The notes under the pieces: generated by a model
Seen by the model: the letters and a program-made list of their open reading frames with translations, nothing else
Databases searched by the model: none
Told to the model about the DNA's origin: nothing
Position numbers and translations under genes: made by a program
Shown here: positions 1 through 12,764 of the stretch, one piece after another
Layout of the letters: every line of letters begins with the position of its first letter
Numbering within the stretch: position 1 is the first letter of the stretch
From: Monocercomonoides exilis PA203
Lineage: Eukaryota; Protista; Preaxostyla
Reading direction: 5' to 3'
Length of the DNA: 64,000 bases
Assembly: GCA_001643675.2 (NCBI GenBank)
Contig: LSRY02000010.1
Location: 124,001-188,000 of the forward strand

Positions 1-2812
1 CCACCTTCTCCTCCCACACAAACCCTTCCTCCAACACAATGTTCTTGTTCAACCCCCCAAACCGCAGTTGAGCAATGTGCGCCAGTGTGCTGCACCCATA
101 CCCGCGATATCCACACCCGCTGAAGTCCCGGCTGTTCGCTCCCCCCACAAACCCTGGCCCTCCAAACTCCTGCAGATACAGGCACAGAGGGATTGCATAC
201 GATTCGTCTCCGCCTTCAAACCCCATCAGCTCCTTGTGATTCTCTGCCTCAAACTTCACCTCAAACTGCATGCTCGAAACACTCACCGACCAATTCAGAT
301 TTTTCACATCCACAAACACATTCTTCCCCCTCCACCCCTCGCACCCTGAAAACACAACTTCCCTCCCAAACACAAACCACCCAGACTGTCCTGCCTGTCC
401 TGCCTGCCCTCCACCCTCCACAGCCTTCACATACACCCCGCCTCCTTTCCCCTTCTGCTCCCCCTCAGCACCTACACTGCATCCATCAAACCTGACACAC
501 GAATTGTTCCCAATCGCCACCCCGCTCTCCTCCCCCAGCCACACTGCAACTGCCCCGCCATTCCCCTTCCCACACATGCATCTCTCAAAACTCACATTCC
601 CCAGCTCCACCACCTCCTGCCTCCCCAGTCTTTTCTCAAACACACTCCCATCCCCTTCCACTCGGCTGATATCCCGAAACACTGAGTCTGCCACTCGCAC
701 CTGCCCTGACGCTGCCCACTCCACCAGCGGCTTGCCCTTCAGCACAAACGACGAGATCGTGCTCAACTCCAGCACCAGCACCCCATCTTCAACCACAAAC
801 ACACTCTCCACATATTCTGTCTGTGGAGCGCAGTTGCATGCTATTTCTGCCTTGCTGAACACCAACAACCCCGAGTCTCCCACTCTCACCAGCGATATCT
901 GCTCGTTTGTGCTCTTCGTTATTGCCACACTGCTCACATTCACCAACCCCCCTGATATGTCCACAAACGGTCCTCCCACTCCTGCCGGAACTGCAATCCC
1001 TGGCTTCTCGCTCCCTTTCCCACACACATTCACCACCATCCCACTGAGCACCAAAGCCTCATTCGGATTGAATGCCGAAGGCAGCAACACGATGTCTCCC
1101 CCATACGGGTTCTTCAGCTCCTGCAGCGCATAGTGGATTGTTGCACATCTCTCCCCCTCCACTTCCTCTTCGCCACACCCAGCCCCATCAGACCCATTTG
1201 ATGCATGCACATATCGCACTGGATATGCCAGCCAGAAATCGTATCCAGTGGCAGAATTATTGTAGAACACCCTATTCTGCCTGTTTGTTGATGATGACTG
1301 CTCAAACGGTGTATCTGTCAGCACAAGCGGCACAAAATACAAATCATGCCCCTGCTTATCACTTGCCACATTGTTGTGGAAATGGCAGAACAGCATGAAT
1401 TTTGGCTTTGGATTATCAGCTGGCGGAGTGTAGGCTTCGAAGTACAATGCCCCGCCATATTTTGCTTTGTTGTTCACAAACTTGCATTCACTCATCCTGA
1501 ATATTCCTATCAATCCATCTCGTGTTCCAAATGCTCCTGCATACGCATCTCTTGCAATGTTATTTTCAAAATCACAGTCGATCACGCTTAATGTGTTCAA
1601 CGTTGAAGCGTTCTGCCTGTAATAATATAAGGCTGCAATTCTCGATGCATTATTGTTCATAAACACACAGTGAGATGTACTCACCCCTTCTGAAAAAGGT
1701 CCATAACACATGATTCCTCCAACATGATATGGATTTGCAGTTCCGTTAATTATTAATGAATTGTTGACGGATATAGACTTTATATTGCTTGCCAAAATGG
1801 TGGAATGATATTTTGCAGTTGAATTGATAAATGTGCATGACTCAACATCGAGTTCACTCGAATAACCTCGAATACTAATGGCAGCTCCTCCATTCGCAAT
1901 TTCATCTCCTTCAATTTCGGAGATGCAATTTGTGAAAGTGTCATTCATAAAGGAGCAAGAAATAGATCTGTTAACTCCTGTTCCAATGTATTGCTCATTC
2001 AAATTTGACTTTCGCATGTTGCGATTGAATGTGTTGTTCAGTGAATGAAGAGATGCTGTGTGTGGGGAGTTGATGGAGGAAACAATCCCATCATAGAACA
2101 CATCCTCCACTCCCTCAAAACTGCAGCTCAACATATCCTGCGAAATCTGTGCTTTCATTGTTCTGCAGTCACAGCCTCTTGCGCTTCCGGTGATGTTTGC
2201 GAGTGCACAGTGGGATAAGAGAACTTGCGAGCAGGTTGAAGGTGCCAAAAAGGGTGGGTCGACAACCCCAAACGAAGCAAAGGCACACGAGCAAACAGAC
2301 AGTTCGCAATTTGCAGGGTTGGACAAGGAACGAGGAGGATTGAGCACCAAAGAGTGGAGCTGGCAATCAAAAGCTGAAAGCAAAGAAAAGTTCACGAGGC
2401 AGATGCAATCACCATCGTTCATCGCAAACAACGACTGCTGCAAATCCCTTGCCAGAACACAACAGCAGGAATGCAGCAGACACTCGGAGCCATGCATATC
2501 CAGGATGTTGCCATTCAGAGAGGTGGTGAAAAACTGCAAGGTGGAGAAGTGGAGCGAGGAATTGGCCAAAGTCGAGAACATAAACAACGATGTGTGACGA
2601 ATGTTCTCGTGAATCTTTTTTTGTCTCCAAACTCGACTGCAAGCACCATAATTTTCTGGCTGTTCTCTTCTGTTCACATCCTGAACAAAATCATCATCTG
2701 TGGTAATTTGGGCTGCAGGAACTGAAATGATTTCGTTGCTTTTTATCAGAAATGCTGCAAGAAGAAATTTCCAGGTGAAACGAACACTTTTGTGCACATG
2801 AAGCTCCGACAT
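1..2812 (-). CDS. 5' part (~937 aa) of a giant Cys-rich beta-helix-repeat surface/receptor protein, copy A; runs off the left edge
   Basis: Colinear with 40845-43656 at a constant offset of 40844 (no net indel), same ATG context (MSELHVHKS...). Absent from the ORF track, consistent with the frame staying open to the window edge. Confidence 0.9.
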   Translation of the reverse strand, partial: MSELHVHKSVRFTWKFLLAAFLIKSNEIISVPAAQITTDDDFVQDVNRREQPENYGACSRVWRQKKIHENIRHTSLFMFSTLANSSLHFSTLQFFTTSLNGNILDMHGSECLLHSCCCVLARDLQQSLFAMNDGDCICLVNFSLLSAFDCQLHSLVLNPPRSLSNPANCELSVCSCAFASFGVVDPPFLAPSTCSQVLLSHCALANITGSARGCDCRTMKAQISQDMLSCSFEGVEDVFYDGIVSSINSPHTASLHSLNNTFNRNMRKSNLNEQYIGTGVNRSISCSFMNDTFTNCISEIEGDEIANGGAAISIRGYSSELDVESCTFINSTAKYHSTILASNIKSISVNNSLIINGTANPYHVGGIMCYGPFSEGVSTSHCVFMNNNASRIAALYYYRQNASTLNTLSVIDCDFENNIARDAYAGAFGTRDGLIGIFRMSECKFVNNKAKYGGALYFEAYTPPADNPKPKFMLFCHFHNNVASDKQGHDLYFVPLVLTDTPFEQSSSTNRQNRVFYNNSATGYDFWLAYPVRYVHASNGSDGAGCGEEEVEGERCATIHYALQELKNPYGGDIVLLPSAFNPNEALVLSGMVVNVCGKGSEKPGIAVPAGVGGPFVDISGGLVNVSSVAITKSTNEQISLVRVGDSGLLVFSKAEIACNCAPQTEYVESVFVVEDGVLVLELSTISSFVLKGKPLVEWAASGQVRVADSVFRDISRVEGDGSVFEKRLGRQEVVELGNVSFERCMCGKGNGGAVAVWLGEESGVAIGNNSCVRFDGCSVGAEGEQKGKGGGVYVKAVEGGGQAGQAGQSGWFVFGREVVFSGCEGWRGKNVFVDVKNLNWSVSVSSMQFEVKFEAENHKELMGFEGGDESYAIPLCLYLQEFGGPGFVGGANSRDFSGCGYRGYGCSTLAHIAQLRFGGLNKNIVLEEGFVWEEKV

Positions 2813-3244
2813 GCTGGAAATATTTTGTGAAAATGAGGTTGAACAGCTTTTGTTCCTGACGGATGCTTTCGATAAAAAATAAACGAAAATGATCTTTTTT
2901 TAGAAAAATCCTGCAGAACCATATTAAAATTTTCACAATGTTTTATCAATATGATATTGTTTGAAAATATTATGAAAAGAGAAATATTATTGGAATTATG
3001 TTGAAATTATTGATATCAAATCAAATCTTCGATCAAATGAATCCCTATAAATAAATTTGTGTTTTGATAACTGCAAAATGTGCGATGAATCGATGTGTGT
3101 AAATCTTGTAATATTTTATTTTTTTTTTTATTTTGTTGTAAATAATAGGAAGGATACGGGTTGGTAAATATTACTTTTTCATAAAAATAAAAAATATACA
3201 AACTTTGTTTATCATTTTATCAAAATGAATGGGGGATAAACGGA

Positions 3245-3842
3245 ATGGTAAAATTATTGCTTTCGAAAAATCTGAAAGATAGCAATAAAAAATTTGAAGT
3301 TTAGAAACGTAAAATTTCACAATCATTTGCATTTTTGATATTTTTTTAAATTTTTAGAATTTTATTCGCAAACTTGATTGTGTTGTGAAAGAGCTCGGTG
3401 AATATAGTGATGCTTCTTCAAAATTTCACGTGGTTGCATCTGAATGGATTCCAGCCTTGATGGTTTTTAATTTTTATTTCAGCTTTTTAACATGGATTTG
3501 TTGAGAATTTTGGATTTGAACAAAAGAGCAATGAAAAGAACATCCCCAATATATCATTGAGAGATTCAAAAATAGAAGGAGAAATAGAAAGGTATTTCAG
3601 AATTTATCTTATTAGTTGTATTAGTGAAATAACTCTCTTTAAACTGATTAACAAATTTTTAAAATTAAATGCTAAATTTTGAAAGATTACAAGAAGAAGT
3701 CGTCTATTTAGAGGATTCAGTTAGGTTGAAAGAAGATGAATGTTCAAAATTGGATGAAGAAACAATCCAATTGGATGTTATTATTTCAAAAATGCAACAA
3801 ACATTCCAGGAGCTTCAGCAATCAAAGGCAGTTTGTGTTTAA
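3245..3842 (+). CDS. Small (~116 aa) multi-exon coiled-coil protein of unknown function
   Basis: Manual splicing: ATG-only exon 3245-3247, GT-AG intron 3248-3357, then two more GT-AG introns. Gives one frame MNFIRKLDCVVKELGEY...EIERLQEEVVYLEDSVRLKEDECSKLDEETIQLDVIISKMQQTFQELQQSKAVCV ending at TAA 3840-3842. Confidence 0.55.
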
Positions 3843-4157
3843 TATTGTAATTTATTTCTAAATTCAAAATTGACTTAAAATTGTTCGCATTTTCTTTGAA
3901 ATTTTTTGAAGTATCATTTGTCTATGGTTTCAGCTCTTCGTTCAAATTTGGAATATTCATTAAAAGCATGAAATTCGGAAAGAATTGTCGATAATAATGT
4001 TGAAGTTGCTTAAAAATGAATATTTACGAGTATTTTATATAAATTTTTATGCCAGAAATGGTAATCCTTTATTTTCAAAAAGTATTTTGTTGAATAAAAG
4101 CTTAGTATAATTTTTAATAAAAATTACTACAAAAAAATTATCTTTATGAATAAAATA

Positions 4158-5785
4158 TTATTTCTTTGATGAAGCAGAAAATTGCTGTTCCAGATCATCT
4201 AAAGCATCTTTCACAATAACTGCCTCGTGTTTATTATGAAGTATTATTCTAACAACTTCCACAACTTCAGATTCCAAGATTTCTTCTTGGGAAGATGATA
4301 AAGGATGCCTTCCCTTCTTTTTTGCTGCCTTATTTATCGAAGGAGTTGCTGGAATAGCATTAACGGAAGTTGATTGAGAAGAAGAAAAGAGAGATGTGGA
4401 AGATGATGCACAGTCTGAGGTGGCTTGTTCGGAGGTTGCAGTTATTGATATCATATCTATTGATACAATTTGGTTGTCGATAAATGACTTTAGGTGGCCC
4501 TTGACAATGTTCGGATTCGTTCCAACATATCCTTTTTTGCACGCTGCTACGTATTTTGTAATTGGCACTGTAATCCCATTTTCATATTCTTGAAAGTCTT
4601 CTTCTTCTTCTTTTTCTTCTTTGCCTTCTTCGCTTAATTGAGCAACGATCAGTCCGACAAGTATCCGAAACGCTTTACGGGCCAGCGGTCCGCAACAAGA
4701 ATATACTGTTAGAATGTTGCTTCGATCAAGAAACATTCGATCAGCTTCTTTTCTTTTCTCCTCTTCGTCTTCATCTCCATCTAGTCCGAGCCTTCCGCGT
4801 CTTTCTTTGCTTCGTTTCAGTTCACCCTCCATTTTGATAAGTTCATCATCTTCGTGTCTCTTTTCAATGTCTCCACATCTTTCTTTCTTTTTTTCTCCTT
4901 CGCTCTTTAATGAAGGAAGTAACTTTTCAAGCAGTTGATATGATGAGACTTCTCCTTTAATTCCAAGAACTGGAAGTTCGATAGAAATCCATGCAGGTGC
5001 CGGAGGAGATGTTTGAAAAAGAGTATATGGAAAAGTTGGTCGTGAACCAATATTTTCAATTGAGGAAACAAAACGTATTTGAGGAAGAGAAAATAGCCTG
5101 CGTATAAAACAAATATTTACTCTGTCATTTCAAGACAGTATATTTAATGAGAAAATGCACTTCAATAAAATTAGCATACGGTTCTGTTAAAAGAGAATTA
5201 TCAAGATTTTTTAAGAATATAACCAAAATTTGATTTGGGGCGAATGAATAACTTGAATTCGACAATGAAAGTGAATTATCGGTCATCAATAGTGTGGCTT
5301 CAATAAAACGAATTGCTGCCTGTGTATCAGAAAAGTTAAGCCCGAAATATTTTGACTGTCTAGACTTTTTTGACTCTTCATCTGCATCAGTTGGATGTGA
5401 TGAGCACAATTGGCAATCATTTATTTTTTCCGATTGTAGCATTGGTATGCAATAAGACGCAATGTGCATTGCTATTTTGGAAATAAACTGAAAATATGAA
5501 TCGACGACATTTTTCAAAATGATAAGAATATTTTCAGAAATGATATAAAATACATACTGCATTTATATTTTTGAAGTTGTTCGCATTAAAAAAATCCGTG
5601 TGAAAAAAAGGACATAGCGCAGATGCTTCAATATTTAACTTTGTATTTTGTAAATATTGAGCAAATAAAGAAAAAAAAGATGTAAGATCTCCTGTACTTT
5701 GAAATAGTAATGAATGACCAGTTTCCAGTAACAACTTGTATTGGTGTAATGCATCATCTGATTTTTCATAAAAAATTCTTTTCAT
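4158..5785 (-). CDS. ORC2: Origin recognition complex subunit 2 (divergent), 3 exons, ~491 aa
   Basis: Exons 5558-5785, 5180-5487 and 4158-5097 joined by GT-AG introns with consistent phase. Motifs follow ORC2 order: QYKLLLETGHSLLFQSTGD (cf. QWLFEL.GF.LL.YG.GSK), IFLKNLD (cf. LIHNLD), LFSLPQIRFVSSIENI (cf. LA..PNI.LIASIDHI), GPLARKAFRIL (cf. LT.NAR.IF.LL), winged-helix KGHLKSFIDNQIV (cf. RAQL.EF.DH.LI). Confidence 0.7.
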
Positions 5786-6171
5786 TTCTCTTCAAAAGCA
5801 GGTTTAAAAATATAAAAATCCCTTTACTTATTTTTTGATTTTTTCTTTTTTGTTGACCACGATCAATTTTTGTTTCAAATTCTTTTTCACAAAAAAATAT
5901 CAGAAAAGAAATTTTTGTTTGTTTATGGAAAATGAATTTCATCAAAAATCACGCATTTTATTCATTGTTAAATTAATTAAAAAATGGAAAAATAAAAAGT
6001 TATTGAATGGTGAAGTGAATATTATCAATGACTCAAATATGTTTAGTTCCGTTTTTATGATGGAAGAAATAGGGAAAAAGTAGATGCAAGAGGTGAAATA
6101 CTTCGATTCCAGAAGAATAGCTTTTTAAGAATATCGACAAATAAGACAAGAAATATTAGTGAGTTCATGAT

Positions 6172-9100
6172 CTAGTTGATAACAAATCCCTGTGGAAGAT
6201 CAACTTGCATTTCAACAGTTTCCCCATCAATCTCAATATTCGATATTAGTGTTCCTTTTTCCATGTTGAATTTTAATGTTCTTGGCTTTTCAAAAAGGGT
6301 GCCTAAAATCATCAGGTAGTCGTTCATTGAATATTTCATCTCGTCTTCAATGCGGAAATTCGTCCTTGGAAGAGACATAACTCTTCGAATTGGAGAAGAT
6401 GTCGCCACTTTTGGCCGGCTGGCGCCCTTCTTCGATGCTGATGTCTTCGATGTGCCTGATGAAGAGGAAGACAATGTGTCAGACTCCTGCTCTTTCATCG
6501 CCATAGACTCTGCAAACTGCCTCTCCATCAGCAGATCCAGATATGTTTTGTTGGTTGCATGCGCTCCGTCTCCCCCTTCTCTTTCTCTCTTTGCTCTGTC
6601 TGCCGCATCCATCTCCATCTCCTCGCTGCTCAGCGTGATCGGATAGCAGACAGTCGCTGCACGGATTCTCCTGTGGGGCCTTCCAGAGTTGTATTTGGGG
6701 TGTTTGCACAGCTTGCTCGTCAGCACATTGAGAGTGAAGTGTCCGCCTTTCTCTTCGTTCGCATACTGGATCAGAGGAAGGTTCGATGTCGGGTCGCAGA
6801 ATATGCGCACCTCAGAGAGGACAGGATAGGTTGTGCCAGAAGTGTTGAAAAGGACAGGTTCTGAAGTGGTGTTGCGGGTGAAGTACAAAGAAAAATATGG
6901 CTTTTGAAGGTCAGGCGGAATGGTCGAGGAGACAATCGTGTTCAGCTCTGGTGAAAAGAAGTACAGCGATTCGTTTCCCTTTCTGCTTTCGTTGCCGTAT
7001 GCAGACAAGACCTCGCTGCCTGCTGCTGACAAGTCAGCCTTCGTGTACATATTCTCAGTCGCCGACATCTGCCTCTTTCGAGGCTTGTCCAATTCACCAT
7101 AAAACTTCTCTGCCTCTGCCACTGTCATCTCAGGCCCAAAGCCGCTAAATGTCCCCAGCGAAATCTCTTTGTCTTTCTTCTTCAGCTTAATCTGCCCCTT
7201 TTCAAACACAAACGTTCCGTCTTTTCCTTCCCACCTCGCAAGCGACAGCTGACGGAGATCACCCAAAAAGTCGACCTCCGTCCAAAGCGAAGGATCAATC
7301 GGAGAAATTCGACTCGGAAAAACAGGATCTTTTTTCTGAGACTTCTTCAGCCTTTCCAAGCGCCGCTGCTCTTCCTCTTCCTTCACTTTTCTCTCTTCTT
7401 CTTTTTCTTCCTCAATCTGCTTCTTCTCTTTTGCCTCATCCTCCATCCTTTTCTTCTCAATGTCCGCCTTCGATTTCTCCGGACGAGGGCCCAGCGCTGG
7501 CTGCCGTCTGATCTGTGCGTGTGGATTTGGGTCGTCGTGCACAAAACGCCGACGGGGCTGATGGATAGCATGGAAAGCTTCGTGTTCTGCCTCCTCCAAT
7601 GGAGCTTCATTGTTGGCTTGTTGGTTGTTCTCTTGGGGCAATCCTTCAATTGCCTCGTCAAGATCCTCATCTCCTGCAGCACCAATACCAGCAACATTCT
7701 GCACTTCAGGATTCAGATTCCTCAATCCAGCTTCTTCGCCTCCATCTCCATTATTCCTTGCTTCTATTTCCATTCTTTCGTTTCCATTGTTAATGTTTCC
7801 ATCAGCATCTGGATTAATTCCTTCATCTCCGTTTCCATCTCCTCCTTGGTTCATAAACTGTACGTTGTTATTTCCGCCTTGATTTTCCATGTCATTATTC
7901 ATCCTTTGTTCACCTTCTTCCCCAAGTTGGTTGTTCAGATTGTTCAGCTGCTCTTCTCCTCCTTGAATGTTCTGCCTCGCATTCCTGTTCATATTTTGCA
8001 TTCCGCCCATTCCTCCCCCTCCGCCTCTTCTCCTCCTCCTCTGCTCTTCTGCCTGGTATCTTTCAAATATTTCCCTCTCTCTTTCCACCAGCTCATCTCT
8101 TTTGTGTTCAACATGCTCGTTCTGGTTGTTGTGGTCCTGTTGGTTTTGTCTATCATTTCTTTGGAACAAACCAAAAATGGTTTTTTTCGCGTGTTCGTAC
8201 AGTCGATACACAAAGTTTATCACTCTGTCCATAAACACTCTTATTTGGTTGGTGGGCTTTCTCTCATCATCTGCTTTTTCTTTCCCTTCAGCATCGGCCT
8301 TCTTCTTCTTCTCCATCGTTTTTTGGCGTTCCAACTCTTGTTGTGCTTTTTGAAGAGAAATTCTCCTTTTGAAAGAAGATTTTTCTTCAGAAAACTGCTT
8401 TTCATCTGCCATGTCGAAGCTTTCCAGTGTCTGAATGATTGGATAGGGCATCGAGTAGATGGCAGACGAAGATGCAGAAAGCGGGGCAAATCCAAAGACA
8501 TCGCACAATTCACCAACAGAGACCCATGCAAGGAGCGAAGACTCGTTCACCAGAAAGAGCTCCACAAGTTGAGGAACGGCTGAGGAAGAAGAGAACAGAG
8601 CAGAAAAAGAGATGAATGTGACACAAGTGTTGTTAAAAATAAAGAAGAAGAAGAAGAAGAAGAAACAAATCATTAACATCAACAAAAAGTATTTCAAAAT
8701 AAAGTTGATTTTTTATAAAAACAAATTTTTCTCTCTCAAAAGCATGAAAAGTCAAAACAATTCATTTTCTCGTTTTGAAATTTTGGAATAAAAATTCCGC
8801 AAAGCTAGCAAAAAGATACGCAACATACTCTCCGAAGTTTTTCTCGTTTTATTTTTGATATCCAAATAATCTTCTGTTCTGCAGAAGTATCTCACTTCAG
8901 TTGTAAATCTCCGGAAATCATCTTTTTTTTGGGTGTCATTAACTTCTTGTGCTGTTTTTGAAAGAGCAACTATCGAAAGAGAATTCTTGATGGAGTGTGT
9001 GTGACTTCCTTGAAGCATTATTTGTGATATGTAGTGTGCCTTTCTTTTTCTCTCCACTGGTTTTGTGTCGATGCTTTCATTTTTAGCTGTTTCATTCGCA

Positions 9101-10109
9101 TTCTCTGTTTTGTTCTCATTTGTATCTTTCAAAAGCTTGTCTTTGCTTTTCGTTGTCTTTTTCGGCCTTCCGTTTTCAAAGATATCAACAGCCTCTCCAG
9201 TTTCCTCGAAAGGAACTTCGACGCTCTGCAATGAAAATGCACCAGAATTAAAGCCACAGTACAACGTTTGAGCATCATCAGGAAGATTAGGCGCGCCAAC
9301 CCACTTCTCTTTTCCGAATTCGTCCTCGCTCAAGGAAAAATTAAAGCTTGGAGACAATACCAATTGCATATATTTAAGTGGGTATAACTCCAACAATTCA
9401 TCATAGGCGTAAAGCCATACAGAATCCTTTTTGAAACGTTCCTTTAACGCTTCAACGGATCGAGCTTGTAATGTCAGGGGTGCTTGTGTGAAATCTTTGT
9501 CCTGCAACGTTGGACGTAGAAACTCAACTTTTAATGGAATTGAAAAAGAGCGAAGATCTTGAACAAAATATGGGGAAGATTTCACATGGAATTTTTCTGG
9601 TATTCCATAGTTTGGAAAATATGGATATCTGATACCCTGAATACGTTTTAATGAGTTAGTTGGGAATTTATGAGCACGTGTTGCTTCCGGTGGGGATTGT
9701 CTCGAACTTTTCGATGAAAATGCTTTTTTCGTTTGATTCGTTTGATGAAACACAGAAGAAGGAACCATTGCAACAACGCTATCTAAGTCATAAGCCATTG
9801 GTGGTAGACTATCGAGCTGTGGAGGAATACAAGCATAAAACGTTTCATCGTTGGAGAGAATAACAGAGCCAGAAGGCTTCAATTAAAATGACAATTGATT
9901 GAAATGTTGATGAACGTGTCATAAAGAATAAACAAAAAATTCATCATTAAAACAAAAAAGATGCATACAATATGTCTCTTTTGCAGAGCCACAGAAGAAA
10001 TGTATACACTATGTTCAGGAGGTTCAATAATATCTTGATTTAATGTTAATTCGAGAGCACAGTTTAAAAAAACTGCTATGTTTATAATCTTCAGAAAAAT
10101 CAAATTCAT
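6172..10109 (-). CDS. OS-9/ERLEC1(XTP3-B)-like ER lectin with two divergent MRH-like domains
   Basis: N-terminal signal-like peptide (MNLIFLKIINIAVFLNCAL). Introns 9877-9968 and 8580-8828 (GT-AG, phase consistent) join three ORFs. Two MRH C-terminal signatures: TTEVRYFC...VSVGELC and SEVRIFC...FTLNVLTSKLCKHPKY; ETFYACIPP resembles the N-terminal Y.C.LP motif. Confidence 0.6.
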
Positions 10110-10830
10110 TAAAATTTTCTGATCTGAATAAGTAAAATATTATTTTTGGTTCATCATTAAATGTGTGGCAAATTATTTTCTATCATGAATATAACTGAGA
10201 TTTGTTCCAAACTATTTCCACCATCACATCATAATAAGTCTTCAATAACAATGCAAAAAATACAAAAAAAACTTTTAAATTGAGAAAAAAATTTGAAAAC
10301 ATTTTGTGGAACAAAATTCACAATTCAAAATATTTTGTCCCAGGTATTTTTTATCATCAATATTTCATAAGTGATTTGATACAAAAAAAGGTGAACATTT
10401 GAAAAATGAATTTCGCTGAAAATTATTATTTTTTTTTTTACCTAACAATTTTTCTGAATCACTCGATTCCAATTAAAATACATTTTGAAAAATCAAACAA
10501 ATTGACTTTTCTTTTGAAAAATCAATTGTTTTGAATTTAATCACCTTTTGTTGAATGCTTGGGGGAAAATTCGGACTTACAAGCTTTTTTTGCACAAAGC
10601 ACAAAATAATTGCCACATTCATATCTTTATTACACTTTCTCGGATTTCAAAATAAATTAGATTTTCATTTTTGAAAGCAAACATCATTGATATAATAACA
10701 TTATGTTGTGTGACATCACATGTATTTCTAAAAATAAACCTGTTTTTTTCAAATTTTTTGATCACAAAAAGTTCTTCTTCGATGCAAAATTTTTCAATGA
10801 AAATGCCTGAAGTGAAATATACTGCCCCAC

Positions 10831-11700
10831 ATGGGTAATTATCTTTGAAATCACAACTTTTATCGGGAAGTTGATTGTGAAAAATAAACTTATTATCATT
10901 TGACTTATAATAGGCTTTGGAAAAAAAATGTTTCTTAATCGTTTCAAAAATCAATAGTTAACGAAAAAGAAAAACAAGAATGATTTTAATAGAAGTTGTC
11001 ACTTTTCAATGTTTATTAACAAATTTTCAAAACAAAATTATCAAATAGAAATATTTGTTTAAAAAAATATTGATTTCTAAAATAATGATTCAATATTGTG
11101 TCTGATGGTTTTTATAATGATTGAAACACATGTGTGATTATTTTTGAAATCATATCTTTTTTCGGGGTGTTAATTTTCAAAGATTGCTTGTTTTTTTGAA
11201 AGAAGTTTTTAGTCCAAAAGAGAAAAAGAATGATAATTGCTTTTTAAAACAAAGGTTTGCACCTAAAGAAAGATAAGAATGTCTTCAATAAGCCTTTTCA
11301 ATTTCAATGTTCATGTGGGTGATTATTTTTGAAATCATATCTTTTTTCTGGGTGTTGATAATTTAGTCATCCAATGTATTTGGAAACTAATTTTTACAAA
11401 CAATTTCAAAATTTGTAATTATTGTTCAATAATCCGATGCCCGAGATAAATGCTAGAGAAAAAATTTCTCTCAATTAGATTATTCTTTTTCAGTGCACAT
11501 TTTAAACGTTCGAAACAAATTTTCAAATCGAAATATTAGATTGTCATAATATGATTTCAAAAATAATCACCCATATGTTTATATTCTAGATAAGTTTTTG
11601 AACCGAAAATTATGTGTGAAAAAATATGATTTCATAAATAATCACCTTCATTGAACAATACGTTATTGATAATAATCCAACTTTTGAAATGACAACTACC
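10831..11700. repeat. Cluster of degenerate ~25-bp repeats (GGGTGATTATTTTTGAAATCATAT) in direct and inverted orientation; probable decayed MITE termini
   Basis: Forward copies near 10833, 11134 and 11317; reverse-complement copies near 11549 and 11624. The core TTTTTGAAATCA is also in the IR element at 50329. Confidence 0.55.
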
Positions 11701-12764
11701 AAAAATTATTTAAAGCCGAAAAACTTTCATTCAAAGTCGTAAGTTTGAAAAACTTCAAATTCTCAAAAAGTTAACAAAAATCAATGAAAGATAAAAAAAT
11801 TTTCTTATTGTTGAAATATCAATGATATTTGTAATTTTAATTATTTTTCATCTTTTTCCGATTTATTTTTGTGCTTCCTTTTGTCCAATTGCGAAAACAA
11901 AATATGAGAGGAGTTCTGACGTATATTATCTCATTTCAATTGAAAGCGCACTGCATATAAGAATATTTGTAAGAGAATATATTTATTTTGATAACAAAAT
12001 TTATTTAGAACAATGAATATAGCATTGTCTCTCATATTACGTGTTTCATAATTGCAAAATACTCATTTTTTATTAAACGAAACAAATTTTTTATGTTTTG
12101 TTTCGAGTTTATTTTTGACTCGATTTATGTTCGAAATCTTCATTATTTACAGAAAACAACACAAACATTGCTGATTATATTTACAAAAACAAAAGAAAAT
12201 AATTTTTCTTCACTTGTTTTCACTTCATAAAATTTTTTTTTAAAGAAAAATTTCGACTATAATTGATAGTTTTTTGACTTCAATAATTTTCTTTCAGTAT
12301 ACACCAAAAATTATTCAATGAACAGATATTTTTATTTATTCAATTTTTAGTATAAAAAAAGTGGAAGAGGTTACAATCAATTTCGCACATTGCAACAAAA
12401 AATAATTCAAAATCGAATGTAAAAATATCAGAGCTATACTGCATAACGAAAAGTTTAAAACAATTACAAATTTGGAAAATAAAAACCTAACATAATAAAA
12501 GCTTTAAAAAATACATAAGTTTCAATCAAAATACAACTCAAAAAACTTTTACAATGCAAAGCAAACAAAATCATACATACATCTACACTAAAATATAAAC
12601 GCTATCAAAGCGAAACATAAAAAATCTCCGAAATAAAGACAAAATTTTACAATTCGTTAAAAGTTTCACAATATTTTCACATTAAAAATTACAGATAAAC
12701 ATATTTTGGATAAAATGTGCTTAATTTCTTTCAACAATTATGGATCAATATTTTGTAATGCTAC

